Shown here: piece by piece, positions 19,742 to 28,152 of the stretch | How positions within the stretch are numbered: the stretch's first letter is position 1 | Layout: each line of letters begins with the position of its first letter | Assembly (NCBI GenBank): GCA_937958625.1 | Contig: CALGNO010000119.1 | Span: forward strand, 3,223 to 67,222 | Source: an uncultured Neomegalonema sp. | GTDB lineage: Bacteria; Pseudomonadota; Alphaproteobacteria; Rhodobacterales; Rhodobacteraceae | Length of the DNA: 64,000 bases | Direction: 5' to 3' | Made by a program: the position numbers and the translations under genes | Notes under the pieces: generated by a model | Databases searched by the model: none | What the model was told of the DNA's origin: nothing | What the model saw: only the letters and a program-made list of their open reading frames with translations

Positions 19742-19998
19742 CGATACCGCTTGGCGCGCTGTTGCGGTCACCGGGGGCGCAAGATGATCAGCCGGTCTGA
19801 GTCTTCATCCTGCTCCGCCCGACCGCGCGGATTGTGCCGCCTATCGCCCCGGAACATAATCCCGAGGCGCAGGCGGCGCTTCCAACCCCTAAAGACGTTC
19901 AGGTTTATTCGGAATCGAAAGCCGCTGCCTCTCACCTTCGGCTCGAACGCGCCTTTCGAGGCACGTGTTTCGATGTAAACCTGAAACGCTCGGAATGA

Positions 19999-21054
19999 TC
20001 ATTCTTCGGGTTTGTGTACATCCATCGCCTTGCGGGCGTGCTCGACGATGGCCATGCCCTCGATGTCCTTTTCCGCAACTTCGTCGATCCAGCGTTCCAC
20101 GATGCCCTCGCCGAGTTTGGTGAGTTCGGCGGTCTTGTCCGCGTCAAGGGTGGCAACCGCGCCGCCGGATTCCTCCTGAAGCGTCTTGCCGCGCTCCTCT
20201 TCGCCATCCCACATCTTGCCCATCTCGATGGCGAACGCTTCGCCGGAGTGCTCGTCGATGATCTTTTTCAGGTCATCGGGCAGGGACGCATAACTGTCCT
20301 TGTTCATGGCGTAGAGAAACACCGAGGTGCCGAACCGCTCGCCATTCTCGCCCTCGACCGACATGGCGGTCAGGTCAGCGAGCTTCAGCGGTACGGTGAC
20401 TTCGTAAGGCACGAACGCGCCATCAACCGTCCCCTTCGCCAACGCTTGCGGCAAGGCAGGCACGGGCATCCCGACCGGCTCCGCGCCCAGTGCCTCGATC
20501 AGCCACGCGCCCGTGCGCGAGGGGGTGCGCAGTTTCAGGCCCTTCATCGGGTCATCGGCGGTCAGGTCCAGCGGCTCGACCAGATGCAAGGCATTGCCAG
20601 CATGAACATGGACCAGCAGCGGGTGCAAATCCGCATAATCCTCGGCGATCAGGTCCATGGAATCCTGTATCGCGCGGTTGGTCTGCTCCGCCGATCCGAC
20701 ATGCACCGAGGGCAACTCGAACACTTCGGAGCGCGGGAAGACGCCGGGGGTATAGCCGATGAGTGTCCAGACAATATCCGCAGACCCGTCCCGCACCTGC
20801 CGATACAGCTCGGGCGGTTTGCCGCCCAGGGACATCGACGGAAAGATCTCGAACTTGATGCGCCCGTCCGATGCCGCCTCGATACGCTCGGCCCAGGGCT
20901 TGATCATCTTCGTCTGGGTCACGGCCTTGGGGCTGAGGAAATGATGGATCGAGAACGTGAATTCCGGTTCCTGATGTTCATCGGCAAGGGCGGGTAGGGT
21001 CGCGACGAACAGCGACGAAAGCGCCAGCGTGCCGAGTTTCTTGATCAGGGTCAT
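19999..21054 (-). CDS. dctP: TRAP transporter substrate-binding protein
   Basis: Start trimmed to ATG 21054 (MTLIKKLGTLALSSLFVATLPALA signal peptide). The rest reads as a DctP-family SBP. Confidence 0.85.
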   Translation of the reverse strand: MTLIKKLGTLALSSLFVATLPALADEHQEPEFTFSIHHFLSPKAVTQTKMIKPWAERIEAASDGRIKFEIFPSMSLGGKPPELYRQVRDGSADIVWTLIGYTPGVFPRSEVFELPSVHVGSAEQTNRAIQDSMDLIAEDYADLHPLLVHVHAGNALHLVEPLDLTADDPMKGLKLRTPSRTGAWLIEALGAEPVGMPVPALPQALAKGTVDGAFVPYEVTVPLKLADLTAMSVEGENGERFGTSVFLYAMNKDSYASLPDDLKKIIDEHSGEAFAIEMGKMWDGEEERGKTLQEESGGAVATLDADKTAELTKLGEGIVERWIDEVAEKDIEGMAIVEHARKAMDVHKPEE

Positions 21055-21174
21055 GGTCTCATCCTCTCCAGAATCGGCCCGAGGCCGGTCACGGATGTAC
21101 GTGTATGTTGAAGCCGCCAGATACAAGCGTTTACCGTCGAAAGGGCGACGCACAAGCGGCGATTGCAAGGCAGA

Positions 21175-21678
21175 TCAACCGTTCCAGAGGGCGGCGTCCA
21201 TCCACGGGCCGGGTACGTGCAGGGTCGTCGCCTCAATCGCTTCTTTTTCAGCAAAAACAAGCGACTGCCACGCGCTGCGCCATTGCGCCGGGATAGGATA
21301 AGGGGTCGCAATCCGCTTTTCTTCGGAAAATCCGAAACGCCCATAATAACCGGGATCACCGAGGACAAAGACCTGCCGCAAATTCGCGGCGCGCAGCCGG
21401 GCGAGCCCGGCCTCGATCAGCGCCGTCCCGATGCCCTTGCGTTGATGATCCGGCAATACGCCCAGGGGTCCGAGCAGGGCCGCGTCGCCCCCCTCGCCGA
21501 GGGTAAAGATCACATGGCCGACCGGCGTATCGCCCTCGAAATGCGCGAGCGAAACCACGTCGGCCCCGCCCCCGATCAAGGCCGAAACAAGCGGGCGCAA
21601 ATCCTCGTCGGGAAACATCAGCGGATAGAGCGCCACTATCGCCGCCGCCTCATCCGCCCTCGTCTCGCGGATGGTCAT
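21175..21678 (-). CDS. GNAT family N-acetyltransferase
   Basis: Start trimmed to ATG 21678, giving an ATGA overlap with the upstream peptidase stop. Acetyl-CoA-binding motif LGVLPDHQRKGIGTALIEAGL. Confidence 0.8.
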   Translation of the reverse strand: MTIRETRADEAAAIVALYPLMFPDEDLRPLVSALIGGGADVVSLAHFEGDTPVGHVIFTLGEGGDAALLGPLGVLPDHQRKGIGTALIEAGLARLRAANLRQVFVLGDPGYYGRFGFSEEKRIATPYPIPAQWRSAWQSLVFAEKEAIEATTLHVPGPWMDAALWNG

Positions 21679-23063
21679 GCCGCCAGCGCGGCCAATATCC
21701 GCGCCCAGCTTCGTGCCCCGCGCTGATAGCTTTGCAGGTCGTATTTCTCGTTCGGCGAGTGGATGCGGTCGTCCTTCAGCCCGTATCCGACCAGCAGGCA
21801 ATCCATGCCAAGCCGGCCCTTGAATTCGCCGACCACGGGGATCGAGCCGCCCATGCCGATGACGGCGGCTTCCTCGTTCCATTCGTCGGTCAGTGCCTGT
21901 TTCGCCTTCTGGATCACCGGATTATTGGGCGAAAGCGCAATGCCGCCGGACCCGCCATGGGGATGAAATTCGGCGGTGCAGTCGGGGGGCAGGCACGACT
22001 CGATGTAGGCGCGCAGGTTGGCGCGGATGGCATCGGGGTCTTGATCGCCCACCAGACGGCAACTGATCTTGGCCGAGGCCTCGGCGGGCAGCACGGTCTT
22101 AAAGCCCTCGCCGGTATAGCCCCCCGTTATGCCATTGAATTCGCAGGTCGGGCGCGCCCAGATCATCTCCAGCGGTGAACGGTCCTGCTCGCCCGCCGGA
22201 TGCGACAGGCCAACGCCGCCGAGAAAATCTTCGGTGGTGAAACCCAGCGTCTCCCACTGGGCCTTGATGGCGTCCGGGGTCTCGCCCACGCCGTCATAGA
22301 AATCCTTGATCGTGATGCGGCCCGTGTCGTCGTGCAGCCCCGCAAGAATCTTCGCCAGCACCCGGATCGGGTTGGCCGCCGGGCCGCCGAACGTGCCCGA
22401 ATGCAGGTCCATATCCGCGCCCTTGATGGTCACCTCCTCGCCCACCAAGCCGCGCAGGCCGGTACAGATGGCGGGGCGGGTGCGCGACCACATCTCGGTG
22501 TCACAGACCAGCGCGGCATCGGCGCGCAGCTCGTCGCCGTGGCTTTCGAGAAAACCGGGCAGCGACGGCGAGCCGCTCTCCTCTTCGCCCTCCAGAAAGA
22601 CGGTGATGCGGCACGGCAGTTTGCCGGTCTCGCTAATCCACGCGCGGCAGGCTTCGACAAAGGTCATGAGCTGACCCTTGTCGTCCTGCGCCCCGCGCGC
22701 GACGATCATTTTCGAGCCGTCCTCGCGGGTGACGATCTGCGGGTCGAACGGGTCGGTATTCCAGAGGCTCAGCGGATCGACCGGTTGCACGTCGTAATGG
22801 CCGTAGAACAGAAAATGCGGCGCGTCGGCCCCGGCGCTGTCATTGCGGCCCACGACCATCGGATGCCCCGGCGTGTCGCGCAGGCTGGCATCGAAACCCA
22901 AGCCCCGCAGGTCTTCGGCCATATGCTCGGCGGCGCGGCGGCAGTCATCCTTGTAGGCCGGGTCGGTCGAGATCGACGGAATTTTCAGCAGCGTAACCAG
23001 CCGGTCCAGCGCCCCCGCGCGGTCGGCATCGAGACGGGTGAGGACGGCATCGAGATCGGACAT
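21675..23063 (-). CDS. M20 family metallopeptidase / dipeptidase (ArgE/DapE/CPG2-like)
   Basis: Start trimmed to ATG 23063 (MSDLDAVLTRL...LLKIPSISTDP...). Shows M20 hallmarks, e.g. FLFYGHYDVQPVD and GRGAQDDKGQL-type motifs (here VARGAQDDKGQL). Confidence 0.85.
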   Translation of the reverse strand: MSDLDAVLTRLDADRAGALDRLVTLLKIPSISTDPAYKDDCRRAAEHMAEDLRGLGFDASLRDTPGHPMVVGRNDSAGADAPHFLFYGHYDVQPVDPLSLWNTDPFDPQIVTREDGSKMIVARGAQDDKGQLMTFVEACRAWISETGKLPCRITVFLEGEEESGSPSLPGFLESHGDELRADAALVCDTEMWSRTRPAICTGLRGLVGEEVTIKGADMDLHSGTFGGPAANPIRVLAKILAGLHDDTGRITIKDFYDGVGETPDAIKAQWETLGFTTEDFLGGVGLSHPAGEQDRSPLEMIWARPTCEFNGITGGYTGEGFKTVLPAEASAKISCRLVGDQDPDAIRANLRAYIESCLPPDCTAEFHPHGGSGGIALSPNNPVIQKAKQALTDEWNEEAAVIGMGGSIPVVGEFKGRLGMDCLLVGYGLKDDRIHSPNEKYDLQSYQRGARSWARILAALAA

Positions 23064-23126
23064 GGACGGCGGCTCCGTGCTGAGTTTCGCTGGAGCAATA
23101 ACCTGAACCAATGCAAGCTGCGAGTC

Positions 23127-23363
23127 ATGAAACACCTGCTCCATTCAATCACCGACCCCGTCGTCTGCTCCAGGTGCGCCGACGAATACACCAGCGGCGC
23201 AACCGACGCGGCATCCTTGCGCGATTACACCCGCGTCGATGTCGGCTTTACGGACCAAGGCATCCAAGTCTGGTGCCGCCGCCATGACCTGAACGTCGTG
23301 CACGTAGATTTCGAAGACGCCCGCCCGAATGCCGATTTTCGGTGTCTGGAGCGGAAGGGGTAG
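23127..23363 (+). CDS. Small Cys-containing hypothetical protein (78 aa)
   Basis: This is the 3' portion of track ORF 22200-23363; the part upstream of ATG 23127 is antisense to the peptidase gene. Sequence MKHLLHSITDPVVCSRCADEY...WCRRHD...FRCLERKG. Codon usage matches the host. Confidence 0.45.
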   Translation: MKHLLHSITDPVVCSRCADEYTSGATDAASLRDYTRVDVGFTDQGIQVWCRRHDLNVVHVDFEDARPNADFRCLERKG

Positions 23364-23379
23364 GGGGAGTTGGGGAGGG
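23357..23379 (+). other. Canonical G-quadruplex motif
   Basis: GGGG-TA-GGGGG-AGTT-GGGG-A-GGG: four G-runs of at least 3 with loops of 1-4 nt. It sits exactly at the GC-to-AT compositional switch. Confidence 0.6.
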
Positions 23380-23483
23380 CGGTGGCGGTGTCGGTAATTG
23401 CTGTTTCTTGCCGTCTCTCGACAAAATTAGAAGTTGGTTGTATTGTGAAAAATATTGCATCAAGGGTTGAGAAATTAAGCGAT

Positions 23484-24284
23484 ATGGGGAAACGGCATCA
23501 TATTCTTCCCGAGGCTTTTCAGTTGCTCTTTTCCTCAGATGGAAAAAAGAAAGTTTGGTCTGTCGTCCGTGGAAAAGTCTTTGAAACAAACGCCCTTAAT
23601 TCAGCTGTCGTGGGGAGACACTATGATTATGTTGAAAACGGTGAGAAAAAAACATGGATTGAAGATCGATTGTCCATTTTGGAAGGGCAGTTCTTACCAA
23701 TAGTTCAAAAAATTATTTTCAGCCGGTCATTGAAAAAACTGAAGCAAGGTGAATGCGAGAATATTACTGAATTTCATCGATTATGTATGATGCGATTTTT
23801 TGAGTTTAATCTGGTTCCTGATCCAAAAAAAGAAGATGAATCGCTTGAGATGTTGCGCGAAGCGATCCATGCTCGCGCTGCAGCTTTGGGTCGGATGCCT
23901 TCTGAAAAAACTCTGAGTGCAGAAAATCTCACTGAAATATCGAATGCTGCTAAAAAGCAGGCTATTCTTGATAGCACACCCAATGATGCCGACCAGGTAA
24001 TGGTGGGGATGAAACTTTCATTGGTGGAAGCCTCTGACGAAGTCCAATTCATTACTGGCGAACATCCAAGCGCGTATTTCTCGAGCGGAACAGGTGATCT
24101 AGCTGTTATGCCGATCTGCCCTTCACTTGCATTGCGCTGGTCAAGAAGAAATAGCTCTCCACTACAGCGACTGAAAAAGTGTCAAATCATGCGGGTGAAC
24201 CGCCAAATATTCGATATGAGCACATACTCAATTGCATCAAGAAAGGACGATCTTTCGATGCTGATGCAGAAAGGCGAGGACTGA
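23484..24284 (+). CDS. DUF4238 domain protein
   Basis: Start placed at ATG 23484 (MGKRHHILPEAFQLLFS...). The N-terminal H-H-x-hydrophobic-P-x-x-F pattern is the DUF4238 signature as I remember it. Strongly AT-rich: 25 G+C of 60 at 23581-23640. Confidence 0.6.
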   Translation: MGKRHHILPEAFQLLFSSDGKKKVWSVVRGKVFETNALNSAVVGRHYDYVENGEKKTWIEDRLSILEGQFLPIVQKIIFSRSLKKLKQGECENITEFHRLCMMRFFEFNLVPDPKKEDESLEMLREAIHARAAALGRMPSEKTLSAENLTEISNAAKKQAILDSTPNDADQVMVGMKLSLVEASDEVQFITGEHPSAYFSSGTGDLAVMPICPSLALRWSRRNSSPLQRLKKCQIMRVNRQIFDMSTYSIASRKDDLSMLMQKGED

Positions 24285-24364
24285 CTCTCATACGTGTATC
24301 AGGTATCATGTTATCTCGTTCAACCGCCTGCAATACGACCGCCTACCCGTGGCGTCATGCCCCT

Positions 24365-25510
24365 TCAAACCAACCCCACCCGCTCCACGAACCAATAGGC
24401 CCCGACCATGGCAATCGCCACGCTGGCCGGGATGGTAATCAGGCTACGATACCAAGACTTGTCCCGAAACCAGAGGCCGACGGCCAGAAAACACGCGGCG
24501 ATGACGGTGAGTTGCCCGAGTTCGACGCCGATATTGAACGCCACCAAGGCCGTGACGAACTGCCCTTGGGGCATCCCCAACTCGCCCAGCACTCCGGCAA
24601 ACCCCAGACCGTGCAACAGGCCGAACCCGAACACCACCAAGGGCCTCCACGCGGCCATGCGGTCGGAGAATATGTTCTCGACGCAGATCCAGACAATGGA
24701 CGCAGCGATCAGCGGCTCGACGATCTCGGACGAGATCGACACGACGCCGGTGATCCCCAGCGCCAGCGTCACCGTATGCGCGACGGTAAAGCTGGTGACT
24801 TGCCACAGCAGGGGTCGCAACCGCGCGCTGAGCAGGAAAAGCCCAATGACGAACAGGATATGGTCGAGGCCCTTGGGCAGAATATGGGTATAGCCGAGGC
24901 CGAGATAGTCCCACGCCACCGCCAGCGCCCCCTGCGCCGCCGCGCCCGCGACCGGGATCGCGTCGCTCGTTTGGCCCTCGGTCAGATAGGCGGAATAGGG
25001 CGTGTCGGGATTCTCGCCGGGGGCGCGCAGGACCAGCGGCCCGAGGCTCTCGTCCCATCCCACCGTCACGGCGTCGGCCCCCGGTGGCAGCGTCGCGGCG
25101 AGGGTCAGCACGGACTCGCGCGCAAGGTCGGTATCGCCCACTGCCGGGATCGCGGTGTCGAGAATGCGCGGCTCGATTGCCTCTCCATCGACCTGAACGG
25201 ACAGCATCGACAGAAACCTCGCCTCGAACGCGGCAAAGGCGGCGGCCAGCGCCGCCGGGTCCGCCGCGCGCAGGGTGTCATAGGCCGCGGCCTCGGGCGC
25301 GTCTTCGGTATCGTCATGCTCTGGCCCGATACCCGCAATCGCGGCCTCTAGATTGAGGTCGATGGCCAGCCGCGCCTCGTCGCCTGCAAAGGACAAATCG
25401 GCGATGGCGGGGCGCATCTCGTGGGCGATGGCGGGCGCGGCGAACAGCATCGGCAGGCCGAAGACCAGCCTTGCCACTGCCGCTTTCCATTGAAAGATTT
25501 GGTGTGTCAT
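24365..25510 (-). CDS. HupE/UreJ family metal (Ni/Co) transporter with periplasmic N-terminal domain
   Basis: Signal peptide, about 190 aa of soluble domain, then LGYTHILPKGLDHILFVIGLFLL and five further TM helices (HupE_UreJ_2-like). Confidence 0.75.
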   Translation of the reverse strand: MTHQIFQWKAAVARLVFGLPMLFAAPAIAHEMRPAIADLSFAGDEARLAIDLNLEAAIAGIGPEHDDTEDAPEAAAYDTLRAADPAALAAAFAAFEARFLSMLSVQVDGEAIEPRILDTAIPAVGDTDLARESVLTLAATLPPGADAVTVGWDESLGPLVLRAPGENPDTPYSAYLTEGQTSDAIPVAGAAAQGALAVAWDYLGLGYTHILPKGLDHILFVIGLFLLSARLRPLLWQVTSFTVAHTVTLALGITGVVSISSEIVEPLIAASIVWICVENIFSDRMAAWRPLVVFGFGLLHGLGFAGVLGELGMPQGQFVTALVAFNIGVELGQLTVIAACFLAVGLWFRDKSWYRSLITIPASVAIAMVGAYWFVERVGLV

Positions 25511-25547
25511 GCCGTTTTTGTTTCACAGGTTGCGCCCCATGCCAACG

Positions 25548-26351
25548 ATGCGTCTGCTTCTTGCCGCCGGTATTTTGCTGGGTACGGCGGTGCACGCCCA
25601 GGCCCATGAGTTCTGGATTGAGCCATTGGATTTCACGCCCGAACCCGGTGTGGCCATCGCGGCTCAGACCCATGTGGGGCAAATGCTGAAGGGCGATACC
25701 TATTCGTATATCCCGGCCTCCTTCGTGCGGTTCGATATAGCAGATTCCGAGGGGGTGCGCCCGGTGGAGGGAACAATCGGCGACCGCCCCGCCCTGCGCG
25801 TCGACCCGCTGGTAGAGGGGCTGCACATCGCCGTTTATCAATCGACGCCCTCGACCCTGCGCTATCGCAAGGCAGAGAAATTCGCCGCTTTCGTAGCCAA
25901 GGAAGGGCTGGACGGTACGCTGGAGGCTCATGCCGAACGGGGCTTGCCGGCGGTCGATTTTCGCGAGGCCTATACCCGGTTCGCCAAGGCGCTGGTCGCG
26001 GTGGGCGCGGGCGCGGGGGAGGACCGGGCGCTCGGCCTGCGCCTCGAGCTGATCGCGTTGACAAATCCGTATGAGAGCGATGGCCCGGTCGCCGCAGAGG
26101 TGCGTTTTGAGGGCGCGCCGCTGGCGGATGTGCAGGTCGCCGCGTTTCGCCGGGATGAGGAGGGCACCGTCACCCGCACCCTGTTTCATACCGATGCCAA
26201 GGGCCGCGTGACCGTGCCCCGCGAAAATGCGGCGATGACCCTCCTCAGCGCCGTCCATATGGTCGAACCAAAGCCCGACCTCGCCGAGCGCCGCAATGTC
26301 GTCTGGCACAGCCTGTGGGCCTCGCTGACCTATGGCGCGGAGTCCGATTGA
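25548..26351 (+). CDS. DUF4198 domain periplasmic protein (NikM/CbiK-like metal-uptake component)
   Basis: Signal peptide MRLLLAAGILLGTAVHAQA, followed by HEFWIEP, the usual DUF4198 N-terminus. Start is ambiguous (25509, 25539 or 25548). Confidence 0.7.
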   Translation: MRLLLAAGILLGTAVHAQAHEFWIEPLDFTPEPGVAIAAQTHVGQMLKGDTYSYIPASFVRFDIADSEGVRPVEGTIGDRPALRVDPLVEGLHIAVYQSTPSTLRYRKAEKFAAFVAKEGLDGTLEAHAERGLPAVDFREAYTRFAKALVAVGAGAGEDRALGLRLELIALTNPYESDGPVAAEVRFEGAPLADVQVAAFRRDEEGTVTRTLFHTDAKGRVTVPRENAAMTLLSAVHMVEPKPDLAERRNVVWHSLWASLTYGAESD

Positions 26352-26391
26352 CCGCTTGCCAGCCTGCCCGTCCCGCCCCATGATAGTTCCC

Positions 26392-26967
26392 ATGAACGCG
26401 GTTCTTAAGATAGGCAATACCGAATACGAACCGGCCCGCTTTGACCGCGAGCTTATTCTCGCGGCGGCGGAGAGCGGATTTTTCCATCGTCTCGGGCGGG
26501 TCGAAGTTATCGACGGGGTGCTGGTACGCGCGTCTCGTTCTTATCTGCCGCACGGTGCAGCGCTTATGAAAACCGGGGCCGCTCTGCTGTCGCGCCTGCC
26601 AGAGCCTTTAACCGTTACCTCGGACACCATCGTCCTGTTCGGCACCGAGGGGATGCGCGCGCCGGATATTGCGGTGGTGGACCGGGCACTGGACGCTGAC
26701 ATCCTCGAACCGGGCGACCTGCATCTTGCTATCGAGATCGCGGACTCGTCCCTGGGTTATGACTTGGGCGACAAGGCCAGATTCTACGCCGCCCACGGCA
26801 TTGCGGAATACTGGGTCATCGACCTGACGGGCCAACGCACCGTCTGCCATCGTGATCCGGCCTCCGAAGGGTATGCCGATGTCAGAGACGTGCCGTGGAC
26901 CCGCGCCATCAGCCCGGGCGCGGCGCCAGAAGTCTCTTTGATCTTTTCGGAGCTGCTCGAAGACTGA
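26392..26967 (+). CDS. Uma2 family (DUF820) PD-(D/E)xK-like endonuclease
   Basis: Motifs PDIAVV...LAIEIADSS...DKARFYAAHGIAEYWVIDL in the order typical of Uma2 proteins. Start at ATG 26392. Confidence 0.7.
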   Translation: MNAVLKIGNTEYEPARFDRELILAAAESGFFHRLGRVEVIDGVLVRASRSYLPHGAALMKTGAALLSRLPEPLTVTSDTIVLFGTEGMRAPDIAVVDRALDADILEPGDLHLAIEIADSSLGYDLGDKARFYAAHGIAEYWVIDLTGQRTVCHRDPASEGYADVRDVPWTRAISPGAAPEVSLIFSELLED

Positions 26968-27033
26968 CCCCCCTTGCCCGCCGCCCGCGCTGGTGTAGGG
27001 TCAGGCCGACCCACAACCCGAGACCGCGCGCCC

Positions 27034-28152
27034 ATGTTCCGCTTCATCCACAGTTCCGACCTGCATCTCGGCAAGCCCTATGGCCAGATGCCCGAGGATA
27101 TTCGCGGCAATCTGACCGAGGCGCGGTTCGCGAAGATCGAGGCTTTGCTTGATCTTGCCGAGCGTGAGGGGGCGACGCATATCCTGTTGGCGGGGGATAC
27201 GTTCGACGCCGAGACGCCCTCGGACAAAACCCGCAGACAGGCGATCCGGGCGATGGCGCGGGACAGCGGTATCCGCTGGGTGATCATCCCCGGCAATCAT
27301 GATTCCCTGGCTGCCGATGAGCTGTGGCGCACCCTTGCGAGCGAAGCCCCGGAGAATGTGACCCTTGCGCTCGAGGCGCAGCCGATGGCGCTCGCAGATG
27401 GTGTTATGCTGTTGCCCGCGCCATGCCCTGCGCGCCGCTCTGGGCGCGACCTCGGGGCGTGGATGGACGAGGCGGCGACGCCCGAGGGAACCCTGCGAAT
27501 CGGTCTCGCCCATGGCGGGGTGCAGTCGTTCGCCGAGGACGGGTCCGCCGATACGCTGGCCCCGGATCGGGCCGCTCGGGCGGGTCTGGATTACCTCGCG
27601 CTCGGTGACTGGCATGGGCAAATGCAGGTCGAACCGCGCACGTGGTATTCGGGCACCCCCGAGGCTGACCAGTTCAAGCACGCGGGCCGCGCCGGGGCGC
27701 TGGTGGTCACGCTCACCGGGTCTGGCGCGCTGCCGCAGATACAGGCGGCGGATACGGGCGAGTATCTCTGGCAAAGCCATGATCTGTCGGTCACCCCGGG
27801 CACGGATGCCGCCGCTCAGGCTGCGGCGCTGTTACCGCCCGAGGCCGAGCGCCGTAAGGCCCTGTTGCGCTTTAATCTATCCGGGCGGATCGACCCCGCC
27901 GGGCGCGGCGCGCTCATCGCGGCACTGCAACAGTCCGCACCAGATTTTGCCTTTCTCGACTGGCGCGAGCGCGATTTGCGTGTCGAATATGACGCTGAAG
28001 ACCTCGACCAGATTGATCAGGGGGGCGTCTTGCGGGCCGCTGCCGAGACCCTGCGCGCCGAAGCCGATGACGCCGATCTTTCCGCCGCCGACCGCGCCAT
28101 CGCCCGCCGCGCGCTCAACCGCCTTTATGGCTACGCGGTCGAAGCACCATGA
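27034..28152 (+). CDS. SbcD/YhaO-like metallophosphoesterase (DNA repair exonuclease family)
   Basis: MFRFIHSSDLHLG...ILLAGDTFD...IIPGNHD...GLAHG are calcineurin-like phosphoesterase motifs I-IV. Confidence 0.8.
   Translation: MFRFIHSSDLHLGKPYGQMPEDIRGNLTEARFAKIEALLDLAEREGATHILLAGDTFDAETPSDKTRRQAIRAMARDSGIRWVIIPGNHDSLAADELWRTLASEAPENVTLALEAQPMALADGVMLLPAPCPARRSGRDLGAWMDEAATPEGTLRIGLAHGGVQSFAEDGSADTLAPDRAARAGLDYLALGDWHGQMQVEPRTWYSGTPEADQFKHAGRAGALVVTLTGSGALPQIQAADTGEYLWQSHDLSVTPGTDAAAQAAALLPPEAERRKALLRFNLSGRIDPAGRGALIAALQQSAPDFAFLDWRERDLRVEYDAEDLDQIDQGGVLRAAAETLRAEADDADLSAADRAIARRALNRLYGYAVEAP

Noticed and set aside
22200-23126. Upstream 309 codons of the 387-aa plus-strand ORF 22200-23363
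   Set aside because: This part is antisense to the M20 peptidase gene. Only the last 78 codons, from ATG 23127 and downstream of the peptidase start, look like a real gene.
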